From contig CDMY01000527.1 in NCBI GenBank assembly GCA_001179505.1, positions 1-57,388 of the forward strand: 57,388 nt of DNA, in the 5' to 3' direction. The stretch is from Vitrella brassicaformis CCMP3155. Its lineage: Eukaryota; Protista; Chromerida. Each line of letters begins with the position of its first letter. Within the stretch, counting starts at the first letter, position 1. A program made the position numbers and the translations under genes. The notes beneath the pieces are model-generated. The model was given only the letters and a program-made list of their open reading frames with translations. It was not told the origin of the DNA and ran no database searches. Shown here in pieces: positions 48,733-57,388 of the stretch.

Positions 48733-51700
48733 TCATTCATCGGGCGGCTCATTGCTGTTGTTCATGAGTACGCGGAAGACCTTCCGCTGCTGCACACTGA
48801 TCGGGCCCGTGGCGAGCCTCAGCACCCCTGCCCGGTCATCCCACTCCCACATGCCCTGCGGCGCCCCCTCTGTTGGTTGCTGGTTGGCACGCAGCGACCT
48901 CTCATTCAAACCGCCGGCCCCCGCCTTCATGGCATCCAACGAATACACCTGCCCGTCGCCCACCACCAGGTCAACGCCACTGATGTGGAAAGATGGCGGG
49001 CTTGACTGCTTGGTCACACTCCTGCCACTCCCACCACCAGCCTGTGCGAGCGTCGGCGGTAAGATTACCTCAATCGAAAGCGGCTGGCTGGTCGGGCGGC
49101 CAACAGAAAGGGTCGACACAGAGGGGGCCGTTCGGTTGAGGGCCGCCTCTCTCAGTCTGTCGTTGTCTCGCTGCTGCTCCTCTGTCAGCTGGTGCTGTGT
49201 GGCGGTGGGTGACGAGAGGGAAAGCTCCTCTGGCTCGACAACCACCTCGCCCAGCATGTTTGTGGTCGTGTTGCTGCTGGGTGCCATGTTGTCGTGAGTG
49301 TCGCCTTTGTTATCGACAGAGAGGGCCGACATGGCCATCTCAGTTTGTGGCCGCACTATGCCGAACCGCTGCCAAAGTTTGGTCTTCCACCTGCACACAA
49401 AACAAGACAAACATACACACACGTGTGTGTGTATGTGTGCTTGTCTGTGGTGTTGATGTTTTGTCGTTCGGACGTTTTGTAGACAGGTCGGTGGTTGACG
49501 TCATAGTAGAGGACGTCTGTGCCGTCATCGTCGACCATCTCGACAGCCGACCCCGCCCTGCTGCCATACACCCGCACCGACAGCCTCCCCCGGTCATTAT
49601 TCTCATCAGTATGCCGCCCCGTCATAGCCTCGGTGTCACTTGCCATGGCGTGGCCGAAGACGTCCTTTGTGCGGTCGGTGACGCGCTGCACCGGGATGAC
49701 CGCCCCGGCCTTGACGAAGGCAGGGAGGGTGTAGACCTTGTCTTCATTGTAGAGGGAGACGTCCCGCAGCCATTGGCCGCCTCGGTAGTGCTTCTTGGGG
49801 TTGGCGTAGCTGTGCCACTCGTGTGTGGTGGTGCCGGGGAGGTAGACGTCCATGTGTGTCTGGCCGTGGGTGCCGGCGAAGGCCACCATGATGTCACGAC
49901 CCACCATCTTCTGATTGCCCATCGTCCGCACATTCATGTCATCGGGATAGTAATACCTGCGCACACACGCACCACACACACAGATGTGCAGACAGAGACC
50001 TGCTGCACACACACAGGGACCCTTTCTTTGCCTGCCTGACGTTGTTACCACAATGGCGCGATGACGGGCAGCCCCTCTGTGTAGGCACGGTGCGCCATTG
50101 CGTAGTAGTAGGGCACCAGCTCATATCGCTGCCTGATGTTGAACCGATTGCTCTCCACCCAGCCGATCTCAGCGGGCGATATGCGCCACGGACAGTACTC
50201 CTGGCCCTTTTTGTACTTGTCGGTGCCAGGGACGCACTTGACGTGGTCATTGAATGTGTGGATCCGGAAGGGGATGTCGAACCAGGCGCTGCTCGCCAGC
50301 CACTTTGAGAACATCTCGTCCTCACTCGGCTCGGAGCCCGTCTCGACAGCGGTGTCTCTCGGCCAGACGAAGCGCCAGAATCCGCCTGTGTCGGTGCTGT
50401 AGTAGTCGATGCCGACGGTGACCATGTTCATCTGTGACTGGTGGTGCATGGCGAGGACGTCCAGGCGCGAGCCGATGTCGCCGCTCCACATGGAGGCGCC
50501 GAACCGATGGATGCCCACGGTGCCTGCGCGGGACATCATGAAGGGCCGCTTGGTGGTGTTGGTGTCGCGGCTGTCACGCACGTAGCCGTCGTAGATGCTC
50601 TGCAGCCACAGGAAGTTGTACCTGCACCAAAGCCAGCAACAGAGAGGTAGAGTCACAGACACATGTTGCTCTGTGTGTGTGTGTGTGTGTGTGTGGATGG
50701 GTGCTGGTGGTAACATACACACATACATGTTGTGGATGTCGGCGTGTCTGTTGCCGGCCAGCCCCTCCCCCTTGTAACACGCCCTCTCGTTGTAGTCCTC
50801 CGGCTCGCCAAGATCCACCTATCGTGCGCATCGCGTCCACCCACACATGAGACGGAGGGAGGGAGGGTGTGCGTGGGGACACTCACTCACCCAGTGTCCC
50901 AGCAGCCCCTTGTCGACCAGGTTTGGCTTCCTCCTGTGGTCGTGCACCCACGCAGCCGCCTTGCTGTTGGTCCAGTCTATCATCGCACCGTTACCCCACC
51001 ACCTACGAGCCAACACATACAGCACAGCACACATCAACGAATGCAACACTCACGTCATGCCACGCCACCCGCCCCACACTCACGCGTCCATCGGGGCGGC
51101 CGATTTCCTGGCCCTGGCGGACGCACCGCATTCGTGTGCCAGGTAGCCCTGCTCCCGCATGTCGTCGAATGTGGGCGTGCCGGCAGACACATACGACTCC
51201 TCGATGGCGACCACGCCCAGGTGGTCGCGGGCGTATGCGGCGATGCGCTTGGCGGGGTCGGGGAAGGCCTCTGTGTCCCAGTCGAGCATGCCCATGGATG
51301 AGTCGCTGCTCCTCTCCGTCACACCGCCGAACCAATACAAGTCTGGAAGCGTCAGCAGCAGCAGCAGGGCAATGACAGTCGATTTCCCTCTGTGGTGTAT
51401 CTGCTCACCGAGGACGATGCCGTCCATGGGAATGTTGGCCTCGCGGATCGTCTCGATCGTGCCATCGGCCTCATCCCATGACTCGAAACCATACTCACTG
51501 ATCCACTGCCCACACGCACACAGACACACACGTGATGCTCTGACCACACGTATATTTCGTGTGTGTGCATCAATGTCTGCGTACCAGCCCGAAGACTTTC
51601 TTGGGTGGCACTGGCGGCGTGCCCGTCAGGTGCATGAAAGCGGCCCGCACACTGAGGGGGTCATCCCCGAGCAGCACGTAGAAGCGGTGAGGGTTCGATG

Positions 51701-53090
51701 GGGGGTTGTTGGGCGTCTCGACGGTCCACCACTTGTCCACAAAGTCCCAGTTCCTGATAGACACATACCCACACAGGCGGCGCTGTGCTGTGCTGTGCTG
51801 TGCTGTGCTGTGCGGCCGGTTCGGTCCTTGGTGCTTACTGTTTGTATGTGTTGTCGACCAGGAGGCCCAGGAAGGTTCTGTTGGCATCTTGTGGAAGGGC
51901 CAGCATGAAGGGGAATTGGAGAACCCCACCCATACCTGACACACACGCCCCGAACCACACACACACACACACATCCATCCATCCATCAGCCGATTGAGCG
52001 GCACAGATGTCACCGGCGGATTTCTTGGGGTCGCCGGGGTTGTGTCGCCACGTGCTGCCATACTCGTTCTTCGGAGCGAATCTGCCGAACTTGACCCAGT
52101 CGCCATTGATAGACCCAGGCCACTGGAATTCCTGACCAACCCCATACGCATGGCTGAAACCCGTGCTGTCCATCCCCAGCGTCTTCAGCGACCCCTCTCC
52201 CGCCCAGCCGTCCATGCAGTAGGTCGTGACGACGCCCTTACCGCGTCGTGAGACCTCCAGGCACCCCTGTGCCCTCCTGACTTTGATGCCCGCCCCCTCG
52301 ATTGAGTGTTTCTTCTTGTCGATGGCGCAGTCAGGCACCTCGGCGTGGAAGGACGTCTTGTGGACCATCGGTGTGCTCTTGATGGGTGCGTTGACATCCA
52401 GCCCCTCCCCCTTGCCGATCTCCACGTGTGCAGTCTGCTCGTCGTAGATGGCCACCACCGCGTAGCCCTTGGTGTTCTTGACACGGAAGAAGAACTTGGC
52501 GCGACAGTCCCGCCCTTGCTCAAGTGCGTCGGCGGCCGCCATGCCGACGTGATCTGCGGCGTGGTCGAATTGGAAGAGCGCTGCCTCTCCGTCCTTGGCG
52601 CCCTTTGGCAGGGCGAGGCCATCGGTGAGTGGGATGTCCTCCAAGAGAGCGCCTTGCAGCTCCTTCCTCGTCAACCCAAACATGCCCATCTCTGCGGCTT
52701 TGAAGGCACCTGCACACACGACCAGAAGGGGAACAGTAAGAGTACGAGCTGCGGGTGGCTGGCTTGCTGACCGCGGCAGGCTGTCCTGTTGACTGTGCCA
52801 CGATCGAGCCCTTCGAGGTTGTAGAAGGGCAGGTACTCCTGCAGCAGGCACTTGGGCATCCTCACGATAGGCTGATCGTCCTCTGGCCCAGTCAGGGTCT
52901 CCCCCTCCTCCTTTTCCTCGTCAATGTCCTCCTCGTCAGCATCGGTGGAGTCATCTGCTGCTGCTGCTGCTGCCGCCATGACGCCCATGCCCTCTTGCAG
53001 CTCCTGCATAAACGCCGCGGCGCTGCCGTCGGCCGGCTCTCCGAATACAAAAAGGGCACAATACGACAACAGCAGCGCAAAAAGGAGCAT
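48733..53090 (-). CDS. Secreted glycoside hydrolase family 31 (alpha-glucosidase/transglucosylase-like)
   Basis: Signal MLLFALLLSYCALFVFG. IPMDGIVL|DLYWFGG, nucleophile GHW|VDLGEPE, RPFMMSRAG..HRFGASMWSGDIG (acid/base), RQRYELVPYYY, YLPG..W, TLPAFVKAGAVIP. About 10 GT-AG introns. Confidence 0.92.
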
Positions 53091-53237
53091 GGTAGTGAAG
53101 GCTGGGAAGGAGCAGGGGGGAGGGGTGCTGTGTCGCGCCAAATCGCTTCTTTCTTTCTTGCCGAGGCGCCGAAATAGTGGGAATGGCCCACTATTTTGGC
53201 AGGAGGCAGGGCGACATCAGAACGCGTACGTGTTTGG

Positions 53238-53860
53238 ATGGTGGAGGCTGAAGGGCCTGATGTGCGGGAGGGTCACACCTGGCTTAACGACGTGACGCAT
53301 GAGAAGCTACAGTCGATTGCCAATAACTTTGACATCGAGCATCTGTCGCCGGCCAAGTCGGATGCTCGGCCCAGCTACCCACCCAGGGGAACACTGTGCG
53401 GTGCTCAGGACCGCCTTGTGGTGCCTCGGGTGTGCCGTTACGACAGCAAGACGGCCATTTCTCTGAATGTCCTGTTCGTTGTCAACACAGGTACAATGTG
53501 TATAGGCCTGCAGGCCTGTCTGCCTGAACGTGTGTGTGTGTGTGTGTGTGTGCAGGTGTGTGGGGATCGTACCTCAGTGAGAAGACCATGCTTAAGGCTC
53601 TCAAGGGCGATTTCGAGTGCGGTGCAGGCTCATTCATGCTGGTTCGGATGGAGAACGTTGTCTTTCAGGCCTGGCAGTCACGTTCTTGGGATGGGGGCGC
53701 TCCGGCAGCTCGGGTGGTCGCCAATGATCAGCTGGAAGCACGAGTCGTTTGTGCTCGACAAGGCAGACCTGTTCTCACTGCACACGTGACTGAGGTCGGC
53801 GAGGCATCGGCATGCAGCGCCAATCGAGTGTGGCGACCGATCGTGCAGGTACTGCGCTGA
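53238..53860 (+). CDS. Hypothetical protein, head-to-head with GH31
   Basis: Exon 53238-53490 splices in frame (NT-G-VWGSYLSEK) via intron 53491-53555. 3' end uncertain. Confidence 0.5.
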
Positions 53861-54617
53861 GGCAGGCCGCACACCCATGTGTGCATTGTAGGCTGATGTG
53901 ATGATATGTCACTTCATCTATCGCTGTGTGGTGGGTGTGGGTGTGGCTGTGGCTGTGTGTGGGTGTGGTGGGTATGGGGTTGGCTTCCGGGGCTCCAGCG
54001 GTGGCTACGGGGGCTCTGCCGATGGTTACGGGGGGCTTCAGTGAGGGTGCCACGTCTGTACGCAGGCGTTCAGATGCGATGCGTGGGCATGGATGTGTTG
54101 GCGAGGGTGTCTTGGCGTGACCAGACATACATGTCTTGTGGTGATGATGCCCGGTGGTTGGGTGTGATGCACGTGATGGATGAATCGACGGACGGGTGAA
54201 TGGGTGATGCATTAATGGACAAGTCATCGATCAATCAACGGCCATGCGCTCAGTGTGCGACGTGGGTGGCTGCGGGTACGAAGGTGAGAGTACACTGATG
54301 TATGTACGTTTGCGTGTGAGCCGACCGACCTGCACAAGTTCAATTCAAATATGTTGCTTTCCGTTAGGCTCTCTCACTTAATAAATCCGTGCACATTGGT
54401 GTCATGTGTATACCTCTGTCTCTGAACACACCACGTGCAGAAATGGAGCCAGAAGATGCGATACACACACAAACAGGCACACGCCCACCATACAGTCAGC
54501 TACTTGTGTGTCTTCCTTGACGTCATTCAGCCGCCCCGCAGAACACACACCAACAAACACACACAATGCACACATCAGGTCCTCTACAACCATGGGTGTG
54601 GCTCTCACCTTCATGGT

Positions 54618-56531
54618 CTACGGTGCCTGGCCGTCGAGGACAATGGGGGCGATGGGGCCGAGGAGAGGCCTCGCCTTGGCGGCCGTCAGGGGGAATCGCT
54701 GGGCGAAGGGCGCGTCATTGGCCACACCTGCTGCTGGAACCTCGGTGGTATAGATGATGATGCGGACTGCACGCAGCCATGAGCACAGAATCAGACAACA
54801 TGACAGCGTAAGGATGTGTCAAGGGTGTGTTGTTCTTCTCGCTGTAACCTTACCATTGAGGCCTGGAGGGACGGCCAAGATAATCCATGCGATGAAAGGA
54901 TCGTCCGACGATGTCAGCACATGCGACTGCCCACACCCCCCACCGACCAACTCCAATGCCACCACATCCGAGCAGTCGTCAAGGGGCGTGTGAGGCGGTC
55001 GAGTCATCATGCGGTCCAGATGACCTCCACGTACACTCCTGATGGACACACACACATCCATGTTTGAAAAGGACAACGAGCGACCTGCCGTCCATTCACT
55101 CACCGGTCTACCACCACCGGTGCTGATTGGGAGATGCCGCCCACAACCGCCCTCCGGTGAACCAGCATCAGCTCCTTCAGCATGGAGCTCGCCGATGAGA
55201 AAACGCCCCCGTTGTTGGCAGCGACCGTCGTCGTCCAGCCCACATTAGGCTGCCACGTAATGCGGCAGCGGACGGGCGGGTCGTATGGCTTGGCGTGGTG
55301 GGTGAAGGGGTGCTGTGAGAAGGGATGGAGGGGGCGGGTGGGGAGGGGGAGGGGCGGGTTGATGACGATGGCAAAGTTCGGCTCGTTGCGGATGGCGCGA
55401 ATCTCGTTGTTGTTGTGGCGGAACAGCTCGAGTGTGCCGTCTTGCTGGCCAGTGGGGCGGCGGAGGGCCACATGGCGGCCGACGAGCAGCCACTGCGCAC
55501 AGAAACGGGGCAGCGATGAGTAGTCCTGCATTCAACACATTCAACACATACACACATCCATCAGCTCACCGATTGCCTCTTCTCATGTGTGTCGTGCTTA
55601 CCGCCTTGGTGGCGTGTGTCTGCAGATCTCCGGCACCCACAGTGACCGGCAACTGACAATAGCCGAGATGCTCAAAGAGTCTGAGCGCGCCCGCCGCCTC
55701 CCCCCAGCCGTCCTCGCCTCCCTCCTCCACCACCCACATGGCCTTCATCACATCGCCGTGGCTCAGCTGATCGTCGAACTCGACCACACCGCCCACCCCC
55801 GCCCGCTCGATGGCCTTCCGCAGCCGAATACGGCGGATGATGGGCCGCAGGGCGTTTCTGAAGTGGCGGGCTGTCGCCTTGAGTCGGGCGATGCTGGTGA
55901 AGTCAGATTGCGCGAGGACGATACTCATCGGCCCGGCGGGAATGTCAGTCACGTGCAATCGCTGAGCCTGACGACACACACAAAGACACACAGGCAGCTG
56001 TGTGGGTGGGTGGGTGGGTGGTCTCCCTCTCACCTGAGTGCGGGTGTGTGTTGTGAGTGCGATGGCCGAGTCGATGCTGTCCGCCAGCTGGGCCAGACGG
56101 GCCGATTCGTTGGCGAGTTGACGACTGACATTGGCCACCGTCTGACGAATGAATCAAGCACACGAGAGACCATGACACAGAGGCCTTTGTGCTGTCATCG
56201 TGTGGCAGTCTGTCCGCACCAGTGATGTGATCGCAGCGGCGTCCATCTGAGTGAGTCGGCCGGTGCAATTGTTGACCTGCACACCACAGCACACACAAAT
56301 AACACAAAGCAGCCGATGAGCAGTGGATGCACTGAACGTGAGTGTGTTGGTTACCTACCCGCGCCTGATTGGTCTGATAGGCTTGAATCTTTGCCAGCAG
56401 CTGCTGCCGCATCGCCGCGGTTGACGTCTGCAGCAGACGTCACATGGCAACCAACACATTGTCAATCAGATACAGCCCCGTCGTGCTCTGCTTGGCTCCT
56501 CTTCTCTCACCTGAGCAGCGCTGGCAGCCAT
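54618..56531 (-). CDS. F-box-like expanded-family protein with N-terminal coiled coil, intact
   Basis: Eight in-frame exons: MAASAAQ|TSTAAMRQQL..|..LHVTDIPAGPMSIVL..IARLKATARHFR..GDVMKAMWVVEEGG..W..LPVTVGAGDL|..DDPFIAWI..|..TTEVP..RFPLT..DGQAP-TAG. Confidence 0.78.
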
Positions 56532-56713
56532 CGTGCATTCAAGCCACCAGAGCTATGAATCAAAATGCCGTTTGGGGCTTCAACAGGCTCCAGAAACGCC
56601 TAAGGGGGAAGAAATTGCGAGCTTTTGGAGCGGCAAGCTCGCCACTGTTCGGGCGAGTTGTCCCGTTCCCACCCCCCGTCTCCTTCTCTTTGCGTCAACG
56701 AATAACCGGATTG

Positions 56714-57388
56714 CAGAACCGGCGAGAATTCTCGACGCGAGAGTCGGACGGCGGCGAGACGGCGGAGACGGCGTCCCTTTTCTCTGCTCTCTTTTTTCTT
56801 CGTCATGAAGTGAGCTCTCTGTCCTTCAACGACGCTCCCTCTTCTCTGCTAAGTTCCTGTTTGCCTTCGATTTGTCATTTGGTAGCAGAGCTGCCCGGCT
56901 CGCTGCCCGGCAGGCACTCTGTCGACCCATTCGTCCGCCGCATTCACTCAAGGCCGGTGCGCCATCGGCAAGGGTTCCTAAAGCCCTTCGCGCGTGGTGG
57001 CCGTCTTCAGCGCCCAGGGCAGCTGGTCAACGACACCACCCACGGGCGCTCCCATCAGCGGAAGGATGTGACCGAAGGTGTGTGCCTGGCGGATCATATA
57101 AAATGTGCTTTTGCACTCTCTCTCTTCCTCTCTGCAGGCCATCTTAAAGTTTCTCTTTGTGTTGATGGGCACCGCCACGCACCGCAGCGGGTCGGCAGCC
57201 GCAGGTCCATCACAAATGAGCCAGAGAGACAGCAGCACTTTTTTAAGGATTTCTGTCCAGCGCGAGGAGGACGGATGAGAAGACAGCAACAGGTGCAAAG
57301 AGGCGCACAGGGATGATCTGATCTGAATGTGTGGGTGTGTCATCGCAACCATCGAGCTTGTGCCACAATCCCACTCCCACACGAGGAC
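56714..57388 (-). repeat. Copy C (inverted) of the upstream unit
   Basis: Reverse complement of ~29876-30528. Palindrome at 56723-56734. The window ends a few bases short of the left boundary repeat. Confidence 0.9.

Noticed and set aside
53135-53175. E2F-like TTTGGCGC site in the GH31 divergent promoter
   Set aside because: An 8-mer in GC-rich DNA with no cell-cycle gene context.

Overview
Intron-rich, GC-rich eukaryotic nuclear DNA with four 300-N gaps. Short introns packed with (CA)n/(TG)n/(GACA)n/(GGAT)n and a repeated F-box-like gene family suggest a chromerid alga such as Vitrella brassicaformis (inference). The right half (30.7-56.5 kb) holds mostly ordinary multi-exon genes: an organellar-type DEAD-box helicase, a PH-domain protein, an ARM-like/coiled-coil/RING E3 ligase flanked by two F-box-like paralogs carrying a multi-TM insert, a secreted bacterial-type GH31 glycosidase, and a further F-box-like gene. 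The left half (0-29.2 kb) is a mosaic: the 3' end of a non-LTR retrotransposon, a truncated helicase copy, an intron-containing dynein fragment fused to Sushi/CCP exons, and a ~15 kb patchwork in which about ten reusable exon modules recur in different orders. These include signal-peptide, Sushi, RRxKSSPALL, Pro-rich W-x-PLP-x-RE and a 13-copy RCLHFI acceptor exon. The strongest candidates for something new are this exon-cassette shuffling locus, the codon-constrained RCLHFI exon, a portable ~660 bp upstream unit with an AAGCTCGC motif, and 5'-CA/3'-TG intron polarity. Exon boundaries were read by eye and are approximate. Some duplications near N gaps could be assembly artefacts.
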